A DNA stretch of 64,000 nt. It comes from Eledone cirrhosa (lineage: Eukaryota). The DNA lies in the NCBI GenBank assembly GCA_964016885.1, contig OZ024759.1, positions 11,160,001-11,224,000 on the forward strand, in the 5' to 3' direction. Under the pieces are notes generated by a model that saw nothing but the letters and a program-made list of their open reading frames with translations, had not been told where the DNA came from and did no database searches. Made by a program: the position numbers and the translations under genes. Shown here one piece after another: positions 24,797 through 38,183 of the stretch (its first letter is position 1; every line of letters begins with the position of its first letter).

Positions 24797-25940
24797 GGTT
24801 TGAAGGTTCACCACTGGATAGAGCTGGTCAATTCCGTATGGTCAATCTTAATGTAATAATATGGAGAGTACTCAACGTAAGGCAGTTCAACCGTCTTTGT
24901 TTTTCTAGTTGGTGGTGCTAGTACGGAGTTAAATATTATAATGAAATGACAGGAGGCTGGACTTGTGTAAATCCTTGAAAGGTTTATTATACTATGATCA
25001 TTTCAATGACCGGGTTCCGTATGAATCCAGTGATATCATCAGGTATTCGAAATATAATAAATGAATGTAACAGATAAAATCCATGGGGCTGAAAATCATA
25101 GACCCGAGGATGACCGACCATCTAGCATCTTCCACTTTAGCCAGTCACCCTCAAATGCTGCCCATTCGGCCTACTTAAGGCTATCTGGTGAGGGGGCTAA
25201 AGCTTATAGTGTGCTACTAACCTCCTGGTCAAAGAGAAGAAAAACAGAAAGTAAGAAGAAGAAGAAAAGTCAGCGTTAATGTCATGCTACAAGAAAAAAG
25301 ACAGAAAGAAAGAGGAAGAAAAGTCAGCATTAATGTCATGCTACAGTCAGGCCAGGAATTGCCGCGAAAAAAGTTATTCTAAAGGACCTGTATCTTAACA
25401 GAGGTATATATAGTGGAGGTCTACATGGTATAATGTGTGAGCAGAAGAGTGGAACGTTAAATTTTTGTTTAGATTTATAGGATGAAGTTAAAAAAATTAA
25501 AGATTAACATTATAAAATTAAAAAATTAGAAAATTGAAAATTAAACATTTAAAAAATTTTTTTAAGGTTTTGGGTCGCGAGGTTTAGTTAAAGAAAGAGT
25601 CTTTTATGAAGAAACTTTAATTGTATTATAGAGATCCTCTATAGGTTATCCGAGTGAGATGTAGAGTAAAGATTATGTCCTTGTTTAGCAGTCAAACAGC
25701 ATGCAGCGACTGCAGACTCCGGCCAGCCCATCCTAATCACGTGCCAGCCATTCCGAGTGAGATCGCCTCGGGTTTGATTTTCAGCCCCATGGATTTTATC
25801 TGTTACATTCATTTATTATATTTTGAATACCTGATGATATCACCGGATTCATATGGAACCCGGTCATTGAAATTATCATAGTGTAATAAACCTTTCAAGG
25901 ATTTACACAAGTCCAGCCTCCTGTTATTTTATTATATTAT
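24797..25940. mobile_element. Penelope-like remnant with about 170-bp inverted repeats containing hammerhead motifs
   Basis: Arms 24937-25109 and 25766-25936; CTGATGA...GAAA-t-gatc-a-TA on the outward-reading strand. Confidence 0.65.
24989..25046 (-). ncRNA. Type I hammerhead ribozyme motif (imperfect stem II base)
   Basis: atac CTGATGA [tatcactggattcatacggaacccggtcatt] GAAA t gatc a TA gtat; mirror copy at 25827-25884 (+). Confidence 0.6.
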
Positions 25941-25969
25941 ACTATATATATATATATATATATATATAT

Positions 25970-26474
25970 GTAGATAAATCTACCAAGAGTTTACGGTAGT
26001 GTCCAATCCGTATGAAGAACTCAATGTAATCCGGATATCATAGAAAGAAGAGATGTAATGAAATATCACTTTCGGTGAAAGATAAACGGAATACAGAGTC
26101 AAGATAAAATATTAAAAAAATAATGAATAAAACAATGAAACAGTTCCTTATATTAAACAAAAAAAGTTCATTATTTAACGATCGTTTCTAGGATATATAT
26201 GTGTTAGAATTGGCATGCATATTCAACAGATCTATGTACAAAATTATACAAAATTATACAAACTATCAAAATTAAATATACATACCAACTCATCATGAGT
26301 TGGTATGTATATTTAATTTTGATAGTTTGTATAATTTTGTACATAGATCTGTTGAATATACATGCCAATTCTAACACATATATATCCTAGAAACGATCGT
26401 TAAATAATGAACTTTTTTTGTTTAATATAAGGAACTGTTTCATTGTTTTATTCATTATTTTTTTAATATTTTAT
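25970..26474. mobile_element. Fold-back insert (about 180-bp arms, 1-nt spacer at 26294) with hammerhead remnant
   Basis: Palindrome 26104-26474; centre reads tgatgag; 20-bp stem follows, then gaaac-gatc-gtt. Confidence 0.6.
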
Positions 26475-26498
26475 ATATATATATATATATATATAACG

Positions 26499-26610
26499 TG
26501 TGGCTGAGTGGTTAGAGAACTGGATTCGCAATCGTGAGGTTGTGAGTTTGATTCCTGGACCAGGTGATGCGTTATGTCCTTGAGCAAGACACTTTATTTC
26601 ACGTTGCTCC
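26499..26610 (+). mobile_element. Older SINE family A-like head and body fragment
   Basis: gtggctgagtggttagag...ccttgagcaagacactttatttcacgttgctcc. Confidence 0.75.
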
Positions 26611-26734
26611 TTCTACCTGGAGTTGTGACCGATAGATAGTATTAGCAATTGGAAAGACCAATGGAAACACTGTTTCCTCGGTCCGATTTTACGAAAGTCG
26701 ATCGTTAGGAATATATATATATATAGTAATAATA

Positions 26735-27032
26735 ATTGTTTCTACTATTGGCACAAGGCCAGCAATTACCCAGTACATTACTGGTACTTTATTTTATCGA
26801 CCCCCGTAAGGATGAAAGGCAAAGTTAACCTTGGCGGGATTTGAACTCAGATCATAAAGGGAGGTAACTCTAAGCTTCAAAGCATGGTGTCTGACCCTCG
26901 ACCAATACTACCAATCCACCATGGTATTAATGGTTTCTTATATAGGCACAAGGCCAGCAAATACTCAGTGCATTACTGGTACTTTATTTTATCGACCCCG
27001 TAAGGATGAAAGGCAAAGTTAACCTCGACGGG
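26735..27032 (-). mobile_element. Two SINE family B copies
   Basis: Reverse complement of the 19681-19863 body and tail; further tails at 28328-28545. Confidence 0.85.
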
Positions 27033-27253
27033 ATAATAATAAATGTGAAGATTAAAATCCAAAGAGGGCTTGATAAGGATAAATATATATCAAATATATA
27101 TGAAACCTAGAGCAAATATTTATTATAATAACAGAATGTGTGTGTATATATATATATATATATATACAGGCACACAATATTTTTCTGTTCATAAGGGTAT
27201 TTTACCCGATTTCTATTATTTATAGTGATGGACTGCTGTTTGAATTCTCACAT

Positions 27254-27303
<50 letters not shown>

Positions 27304-27500
27304 CAAGTATGTTTTGAAACAGTGAGCAGGTTTGAAATTAGAAAATAGAATAGCTTTCACCGTATTTTTTGACTAAAGAAATTTTAGCCTGATAGTGGGG
27401 TTTACAACCCCCAGATAAATGGAAAAAGATGAGTATTGACGTACATGGGAGTTGAACCCACATCTTTGGTTATCCAGACCACTGTGCTACCATTACACCA

Positions 27501-27535
<35 letters not shown>

Positions 27536-27642
27536 GATAAATCTACCATTACACCAACATATATATATATATATATATATCATCATCATTTTACATCCGC
27601 TTTTCGCTGCAAAGGTGTGTGTGTATATATATATTAATATAT

Positions 27643-27679
<37 letters not shown>

Positions 27680-27687
27680 CATTGGAT

Positions 27688-27987
27688 GGAGGCACATGGC
27701 TTAGTGGATAGAGCATTGGCCTTGCAATCGAAAGGTTGTGAGTTCAATTGTTGTTTCCTTGAGCAAGACACTTTATTTCACATTGTTCCAGTTTACTCAG
27801 CTGTAGAAATGAGATGATAGGGACTGCAAAGTGGTCGTGGAGGTGCCACGGCAAAAAAGCACCCAGTACTCACTGTAAATGAGGTTGGTGTTAGGAAGGG
27901 CATCCAGCTGTAGAAATCAAGCCAGAATCAGTTCCCGTCCCACCCTTGCAAGCAGGGAAAAGTGGACGTAAAATGAAATGATGATGA
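27688..27987 (+). mobile_element. SINE family A
   Basis: Head, body and tail as 19314-19650 with two small deletions. Confidence 0.9.
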
Positions 27988-27989
27988 TA

Positions 27990-28212
27990 CAAGGTGTCCT
28001 AAAAAAATGTATACCCACTTCAGCTTTAAAAGGTACATTAAAATAAATTCTTTTTTCTATGCATTATTTAAATTATGTAAACATTTTTTGGTGTTTACTA
28101 CACTTGAATTATGTCTGTAGATCATTTTATTTTTTGGAAGGGCTGTGCATTCTAATAAATATTGCCTGTACAGGTAATCAAAGTGTGAATACATTTTTTG
28201 GGGGACACCCGG
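27990..28212. mobile_element. Tc1/mariner-type MITE
   Basis: Imperfect 30-bp TIRs (caaggtgtcctaaaaaaatgtatacccactt / aagtgtgaatacattttttgggggacacccgg), TA flanks. Confidence 0.75.
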
Positions 28213-28689
28213 TATATATAATTATTTCTAGCTGAAAGAACTATGATATATATCAAACATGATTCTTGCTCCTCGCCCCCAGCCTAAGAATATTTTGCTA
28301 TATAATATAAAACAGGAATGTAATATAATTGTTACTACGTTTGGCACAAGGCCAGCAATTACCCCAGTGTATTACTGGTACTTTATTTTATCGACCTCGT
28401 AAGGATGAAAGCAAAGTTAACCTCAGCAGGAATATAATAATTGTTTCTAATTTTTGGCACAAGGCCAGCAATTACCCCAGTACATTACTGGTACTTTATT
28501 TTATCGACCCCGTAAGGATGAAAGGCAAAGTTAACCTCGGCAGAAATGTAATAATGTGATGTTATCTGGACATCACGTGAAGAAGGTATAAAAATAGTGA
28601 AAATATCTCGAAATCCCGGTGTTTTCTCCTGTCTCTGTGTTTTGGTTTATGATGTAACATATTTCATAGGAGGAGTCTATTAGAATAGT

Positions 28690-28895
28690 GTGTCTGTATG
28701 TATTGTCTCTATCTGTCTGCTTCTCTCTTTCTCTCTACTTGTCTGTCTCTCTATCTCTCTATCTACCTGTCTGCCTCTCTCTCTCTCTCTCTCTACCTGT
28801 CTGTCTCTCTATCTACCTGTCTGCCTCTGTCTGTCTCTCTCTATCTCTCTCTCTCTATCTGTCTGCCTCTCTCTCTATATATATCTGTCTCTCTA

Positions 28896-28928
<33 letters not shown>

Positions 28929-28969
28929 ATCTACTTGTCTGTCTCTCTATCTCTCTATCTACCTGTCTG

Positions 28970-29008
<39 letters not shown>

Positions 29009-29095
29009 CTGTCTGTCTCTCTATCTACCTGTCTGCCTCTGTCTGTCTCTCTCTATCTCTCTCTCTCTATCTGTCTGCCTCTCTCTCTATATATA

Positions 29096-29160
<65 letters not shown>

Positions 29161-29253
29161 ACTTGTCTGTCTCTCTATCTCTCTATCTACCTGTCTGCCT
29201 CTCTCTCTCTCTCTCTCTCTCTACCTGTCTGTCTCTCTATCTACCTGTCTGCC

Positions 29254-29292
<39 letters not shown>

Positions 29293-29367
29293 ATATCTGT
29301 CTTTCTATCTCTCTCTCTATCTGTCTCTCTATCTCTCTATCTACTTGTCTGTCTCTCTATCTACCTG

Positions 29368-29410
<43 letters not shown>

Positions 29411-31407
29411 GTCTCTATCTCTCCATCTACCTGTCTGTCTGTCGCTCTCTCTCTCTCTGTCTCTTTATCTCTCTCTCTCTATCTCTCTCTTTATCTATCT
29501 GTCTCACTCTCTCTGTCTTTGTCTGTATCTCTCTCTGTCTGTCAGTTTGTCTCTTTATCTCTCTCTATCTATCTTTCACCACCACCATCACTGCCACCAC
29601 CACCACTACTACTACTACCACCAGCACCACCACTACCACCACTTCTACTACCACCACCAGCACCACCACTACCACCATCACCACCACCACTACCACCACC
29701 ACCACTACTACCACCACCACCACCACTACCACCACCACCACTACCACCACCACCACTACCACCACCACTACCAACACTACCACCACCACCACTACTACCA
29801 CCACCACCAACACTACCACCACCACTACTACTACTACCACCAACACCACCACTACCACCACCACCACCAACACTACCACCACCACCACCAACACTACCAC
29901 CACCACCACCAACACCACCACCACCACCACCACCACCAACACTACCACCACCACCACCACTACCACTACCACCACCAACACCAACACTACCACCACCACT
30001 ACTACTACCACCACCACCACCACCACCACCACCACTTCTACTACCCCCCCCCCCGCACCACCACCAACACGACCACGACCAACACCACCACCAACACTAC
30101 CAACACCACCAACACCAACACCACCAACACCACCAACACCACCACCACCACCAACACTACCACCACCAACACCACCAACACCAACACCATGACCAACACC
30201 ACCAACACCACCACCACGACCAACACCACCACCAACACTACCACCACCACCAACACTACCAACACCACCAACACTACCAACACTACCACCACCAACACCA
30301 CCAACACCAACACCATGACCAACACCACCAACACCACCACCACGACCAACACCACCACCAACACCACCACCACCACCACCACTACCACCACCAACACCAA
30401 CACTACCACCACCACCACTACTACTACCACCACCACCACCACCACCACTACCACCACCACCACTTCTACTACCACCACCATCACCGCCGCCACCACCACC
30501 ACCACCAGCACCACCACCAACACCACCACTACGACCAACACCACCACCAGCACCACCACCACGACCAACACCACCACCAACACCACCAACACTACCAACA
30601 CCACCACCACCACCACCAACACCATAACCAACCCCACCACCACGACCAACACCACCACCAACACCACCACTACCACCACCAACACCAACACCACCACCAT
30701 GACCAACACCACCACCACGACCAACACCACCACCAACACCACCACTACCACCACCAACACCAACACCACCACCATGACCAACACCACCACCACGACCAAC
30801 ACCACCACCAACACCACCACTACCAACACCAACACCACCACCATGACCAACCCCACCACCACGACCAACACCACCACCAACACCACCACTACCACCACCA
30901 ACACCAACACCACCACCATGACCAACACCACCACCACGACCAACACCACTGCAACCAACACCAACACCACCACTGCAACCAACACCAACACCACCACCAC
31001 CAACACCACCACCACCACCACCACCACCACCAACACCACCACCATGACCAACACCACCACCACAACCACCACCAACACCACCACTACCACCACCACCACC
31101 ACCACCACCACCACCACCACCACCACCACCACCACCCTCACCCTACCTGTATTGTTAATCAGTCATCAATATTATTAGTAATTTTATTTTCCCCACATCC
31201 GTTAACTGTTCAGCTACAACACATCTGATTGGTTCTTTCTCACACTCTCTCTCTCTCTCTCTCACACACACACTCTCTCTCACACACACACTCTCTCTCT
31301 CTCCCACACTCTCTCTCTCACACTCTGTCTCTCTCGCACACTGTATTTCTCTCTCTCTCTCTCTCTCACACACACTGTGTGTTTCTGTCTCTATCTCTCA
31401 GACTGTT

Positions 31408-31441
<34 letters not shown>

Positions 31442-31505
31442 TGTGTATTTCTCTCTCTCTCTCTCACACACACTGTGTGTTTCTGTCTCTATCTCTCACA
31501 CTGTT

Positions 31506-31537
<32 letters not shown>

Positions 31538-31601
31538 TGTGTATTTCTCTCTCTCTCTCCCACACACACTCTGTGTTTCTGTCTCTATCTCTCACACTGT
31601 T

Positions 31602-31633
<32 letters not shown>

Positions 31634-32530
31634 TGTGTATTTCTCTCTCTCTCTCCCACACACACTCTGTGTTTCTGTCTCTATCTCTCACACTGTTTCT
31701 CTCTCTCTCACACACTGTGTGTTTCTCTCTCTCTCTCTCGCACACACACTGTGTGTTTCTCTCTCTCTCTCCCACACACACTGTGTTTCTCTCTCACACT
31801 CTCTGTCTCTCTCAGTCTCTCTTTCTCTCAGTCTGTCTTTTTCTCTGTCATCCCTCTTTCTCTCTCTGTCACTCTCTCTCTCTGTCACTCTCCCTCTCTG
31901 TCTCCCTCTGTCACTCTCTCTCTCTGTCACTCTCTCTGTCACTCTCTCTGTCACTTTCTCTCTGTCACTCTCTCTCTCTCTCTGTCACTCTCTCTGTCAC
32001 TCTCTCTCTGTTTCTCTCTGTCACTCTCTGTCACTCTCTATGTCACTCTGTCACTCTCTCTCCCTCTCTCTGTCACTCTCCCTCTCTGTCACTCTCTCTC
32101 TCTGTCACTCTCTCTCTGTCACTCTCTCTCTCTATCACTCTCTCTCTGTCACTCTCTCTCTCTCTGTCATACTCTCTCTGTCACACTCTCTATCACTCTC
32201 TGTATCTCTCTGTCACTCTCTCTGTGTCTCTTTGTCACTCTGTCACTCTCTCTCTCTGTCACTCTCCCCCTCTGTCACTCTCCCTTTCTGTTACTCTCCC
32301 TCTCTGTCACTCCCTCTCTGTCACTCCCTCTCTGTCACTCTCTCTCTGTCACTCTCTCTTTCTGTCACACTCTCTCTCTGTCCCTTTTTGTCACTCTGTC
32401 ACTCTCCCCCTCTGACACTCTCCCTCTCTGTCACTCTCCCTTTCTGTTACTCTCTCTCTCTGTCACTCTCTCTCTGTGTCACTCTCTCTCTCTGTTACTC
32501 TCTCTCTCTGTCACTCTCTCTTTGTCACTC
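28690..32530. repeat. (CT)n-rich, (CAC/CAA)n and (CT)n/ctgtcact low-complexity fields
   Basis: Direct reading; CT 28690-29575, CAC 29577-31140, CT 31240-32530. Confidence 0.95.
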
Positions 32531-32594
32531 TCTCTCTGCTTCTGTTGTTCTGTCTGTCCATTCTACAGTTGAACCAGTTGTTAGTATCATGCAA

Positions 32595-32798
32595 CAGATG
32601 TGACAAATGTGATAACAGATGTGATAACATATGTAACAGATATGAATAAGATGTAACACCAGATGTGACACCAGATGTGACATCGGATATGAAACCAGAT
32701 GTGACATCGGATATGAAACCAGATGTGACATCAGATGTGACATCAGATGTGACAACAGATGTGACAACAGATGTGACACCAGATGTGACACCAGATGT
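32595..32798. repeat. 12-bp tandem repeat cagatgtgacac
   Basis: About 16 degenerate units. Confidence 0.85.
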
Positions 32799-33119
32799 CC
32801 TCTCTTGACAACAAATAACAAATACAGAGATGAAACTGTAAAGATTTTTTGTTTATTGTATAACATGGAGGGAGAATGAGATACCTAATAGTGGGGATAG
32901 TAGATGTTTGGTGGAGAGAGGGAGATGGGGAGAGAGGCAGTGAAAGACAAAATGATAGGAATGGTAATAATGGTGGTGATGGTCGTGATGGTGATGGTGG
33001 TGGTGGTTGTGGTGAAGATGATTATGATATGATGGTGGTGGTGGTGGTGGTAGTGGTGATGATGGTGTTGGTAGTAGTGCTGCTGCTAGTGAAGATGGTG
33101 ATGTTGGTGGTGATGGTGG

Positions 33120-36100
33120 TGGTGAAGATAAAGACTGGTGGTGGTGGAGGTAGTGAAGCTAAAGACAGTGGTGGTGGTGGTGAAGCTAAAGACAGTGGTG
33201 GTGGTGGTGAAGCTAAAGACAGTGGTGGTGGTGGTGGTGGTAGTGAAGCTAAAGACAGTGGTGGTGGTGGTGAAATAAAGACAGTGGTGGTGGTGGTGGT
33301 GGTAGTGAAGCTAAAGACAGTGGTGGTGGTGGTGAAATAAAGACAGTGGTGGTGGTGGTGGTGGTAGTGAAGCTAAAGACAGTGGTGGTGGTGGTGAAAT
33401 AAAGACAGTGGTGGTGGTGGTGAAGCTAAAGACAGTGGTGGTGGTGGTAGTGAAGCTAAAGACAGTGGTGGTGGTGGTGGTGGTGGTGAAGATAAAGACT
33501 GGTGGTGGTGGAGGTAGTGAAGCAAAAGACAGTGGTGGTGGTGGTGAAATAAAGACAGTGGTGGTGGTGGTGGTGAAGCTAAAGACAGTGGTGGTGGTGG
33601 TGGTGGTGAAGCTAAAGACAGTGGTGGTGGTGGTGGTGAGATAAAGACAGTGGTGGTGGTGGTGATAGTGAAGCTAAAGACAGTGGTGGTGGTGGTGATA
33701 GTGAAGCTAAAGACAGTGGTGGTGGTGGTGATAGTGAAGCTAAAGACAGTGGTGGTGGTGGTCATAGTGAAGCTAAAGACAGTGGTGGTGGTGGTGGTGG
33801 TGAAATAAAGACAGTGGTGGTGGTGGTGGTGAAAATAAAGACAGTGGTGGTGGTGGTGAAGCTAAAGACAGTGGTGGTGGTGGTGGTGGTAGTGAAGCTA
33901 AAGACAGTGGTGGTGAAATAAAGACAGCGGTGGTGGTGGTGGTGGTGAAGCTAAAGACAGTGGTGGTGGTGGTGGTGAGATAAAGACAGTGGTGGTGGTG
34001 GTGAAGCTAAAGACAGTGGTGGTGGTGGTGGTGAGATAAAGACAGTGGTGGTGGTGGTGGTGGTGAAGCTAAAGACAGTGGTGGTGGTGGTGGTGAGATA
34101 AAGACAGTGGTGGTGGTGGTGGTGGTGAAGCTAAAGACAGTGGTAGTGGTGGTGGTGAGATAAAGACAGTGGTGGTGGTGGTGGTGGTGAAGCTAAAGAC
34201 AGTGGTAGTGGTGGTGGTGAGATAAAGAGAGTGGTGGTGGTGGTGGTGGTGAAGCTAAAGACAGTGGTGGTGGTAGTGAAATAAAGACAGTGGTGGTGGT
34301 GGTGGTGGTGGTGAAGCTAATGACAGTGGTGGTGGTGGTGGTGAGATAAAGACAGTGGTGGTGGTGGTGGTAGTGAAGCTAAAGACAGTGGTGGTGGTGG
34401 TGGTGGTGAAGCTAAAGACAGTGGTGGTGGTAGTGAAATAAAGACAGTGGTGGTGGTGGTGGTGGTGAAGCTAAAGACAGTGGTGGTGGTGGTGGTGAAA
34501 TAAAGACAGTGGTGGTGGTGGTGGTGGTGAAATAAAGACAGTGGTGGAGGTGGTGAAATAAAGACAGTGGTGGTGGTGGTGAAGCTAAAGACAGTGGTGG
34601 TGGTGGTGAAGCTAAAGACAGTGGTGGTGGTGAAATAAAGACAGTGGTGGTGGTGGTGGTGGTGGTGGTGGTGAGATAAAGACAGTGGTGGAGGTGGTGG
34701 TGAAGCTAAAGACAGTGGTAGTGGTGGTGGTGAAATAAAGACAGTGGTGGTGGTGGTGGTAGTGAAGCTAAAGACAGTGGTGGTGGTGGTGGTGGTGGTG
34801 AAGCTAAAGACAGTGGTGGTGGTGGTGTTGGTAGTGAAGGTAAAGACAGTGGTGGTGGTGGTAGTGAAGCTAAAGACAGTGGTGGTGGTGGTGAGATAAA
34901 GACAGTGGTGGTGGTGGTGGTGAAGCTAAAGACAGTGGTGGTGGTGGTGAGATAAAGACAGTGGTGGTGGTGGTGAAATAAAGACAGTGGTGGAGGTAGT
35001 GAAGCTAAAGACAGTGGTGGTGGTGGTGGTGGTGGTGAAGCTAAAGACAGTGGTGGTGGTGGTGAGATAAAGACAGTGGTGGTGGTGGTGAAATAAAGAC
35101 AGTGGTGGAGGTAGTGAAGCTAAAGACAGTGGTGGTGGTGGTGGTGGTGGTAGTGAAGCTAAAGACAGTGGTGGTGGTGGTGGTGAAGCTAAAGACAGTG
35201 GTGGTGGTGGTGAAATAAAGACAGTGGTGGAGGTAGTGAAGCTAAAGACAGTGGTGGTGGTGGTGGTGGTGGTGAAGCTAAAGACAGTGGTGGTGGTGGT
35301 GAGATAAAGACAGTGGTGGTGGTGGTGAAATAAAGACAGTGGTGGAGGTAGTGAAGCTAAAGACAGTGGTGGTGGTGGTGGTGGTGGTAGTGAAGCTAAA
35401 GACAGTGGTGGTGGTGGTGGTGAAGCTAAAGACAGTGGTGGTGGTGGTGAAATAAAGACAGTGGTGGAGGTAGTGAAGCTAAAGACAGTGGTGGTGGTGG
35501 TGGTGGTGGTGAAGCTAAAGACAGTGGTGGTGGTGGTGAGATAAAGACAGTGGTGGTGGTGGTGAAATAAAGACAGTGGTGGAGGTAGTGAAGCTAAAGA
35601 CAGTGGTGGTGGTGGTGGTGAAGCTAAAGACAGTGGTGGTGGTGGTGAGATAAAGACAGTGGTGGTGGTGGTGAAATAAAGACAGTGGTGGAGGTAGTGA
35701 AGCTAAAGACAGTGGTGGTGGTGGTGGTGGTGGTGAAGCTAAAGACAGTGGTGGTGGTGGTGAGATAAAGACAGTGGTGGTGGTGGTGAAATAAAGACAG
35801 TGGTGGAGGTAGTGAAGCTAAAGACAGTGGTGGTGGTGGTGGTGGTGGTGGTGAAGCTAAAGACAGTGGTGGTGGTGGTGAGATAAAGACAGTGGTGGTG
35901 GTGGTGAAATAAAGACAGTGGTGGAGGTAGTGAAGCTAAAGACAGTGGTGGTGGTGGTGGTGAAGCTAAAGACAGTGGTGGTGGTGGTGAGATAAAGACA
36001 GTGGTGGTGGTGGTGGTAGTGAAGCTAAAGACAGTGGTGGTGGTGGTGAGATAAAGACAGTGGTGGTGGTGGTGGTGGTGAAGCTAAAGACAGTGGTGGT

Positions 36101-36326
36101 GGTGGTGGTGAAATAAAGACAGTGGTGGAGGAGGTAGTGAAGCTAAAGACAGTGGTGGTGGTGGTGGTGGTGGTAGTGAAGCTAAAGACAGTGGTGGTGG
36201 TGGTGGTGGTGAAGCTAAAGACAGTGGTGGTGGTGGTGGTGGTGGTGGTGAAGCTAAAGACAGTGGTGGTGGTGGTGGTGGTGGTGAAGCTAAAGACAGT
36301 GGTGGTGGTGGTGAAATAAAGACAGT
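33120..36326. repeat. Compound satellite: gaagctaaagacagt / gaaataaagacagt / gagataaagacagt cores with variable (GGT)n linkers
   Basis: About 100 cores over 3.2 kb; higher-order ordering in about 34960-35990. Confidence 0.95.
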
Positions 36327-36503
36327 GATATTATAACTCCATAATCTGCCAGTTTGTATATTTACCTCCATCTTGTAGTTTATATTCTTAACTTACTTTC
36401 ATACAAAGTTGATATTTTTTAGTTTTTATTTTCTCTAAGATTTGGATTGGACTTAATTTGGATAATACTTCCGGATTTATTAATTCACATTCTTAGTCTT
36501 TCC

Positions 36504-37940
<1,437 letters not shown>

Positions 37941-37943
37941 ATA

Positions 37944-38089
37944 TCATCATCATCATCATCGTTTAACTTGCATGGGTTTGGACGGGAGTTTTCCCACTTG
38001 AGGCAAGAGTGGTTGCCTTGCTCGCATAGGACTGTCTGGCGGGTTTCCTACTGCAGGATGCCCTTCCTAACACCAACCACATTTACAGT
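37944..38089 (-). mobile_element. RTE LINE 3'UTR tip
   Basis: Reverse complement similar to 40255-40420. Confidence 0.85.
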
Positions 38090-38183
38090 ATATATTATAT
38101 ATATATATATATACATTACATATATATATATATATTATATACATTATATATATATATACATTATATATATATACATTATATAT

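Noticed and set aside
27441-27503. tRNA gene on the minus strand
   Set aside because: A and B boxes present but no complete cloverleaf; likely a SINE head remnant
28688-31228. 846-aa Pro/His-rich or mucin-like Thr-rich ORFs
   Set aside because: CT and CAC low-complexity DNA lacking stops by composition
33120-36326. CRISPR-like repeat-spacer look
   Set aside because: Spacers are only (GGT)n, not unique sequence; eukaryotic context; no cas genes
36330-36503. Possible minus-strand exon with GTAAGT donor near 36395
   Set aside because: No acceptor, stops nearby, no recognisable protein similarity
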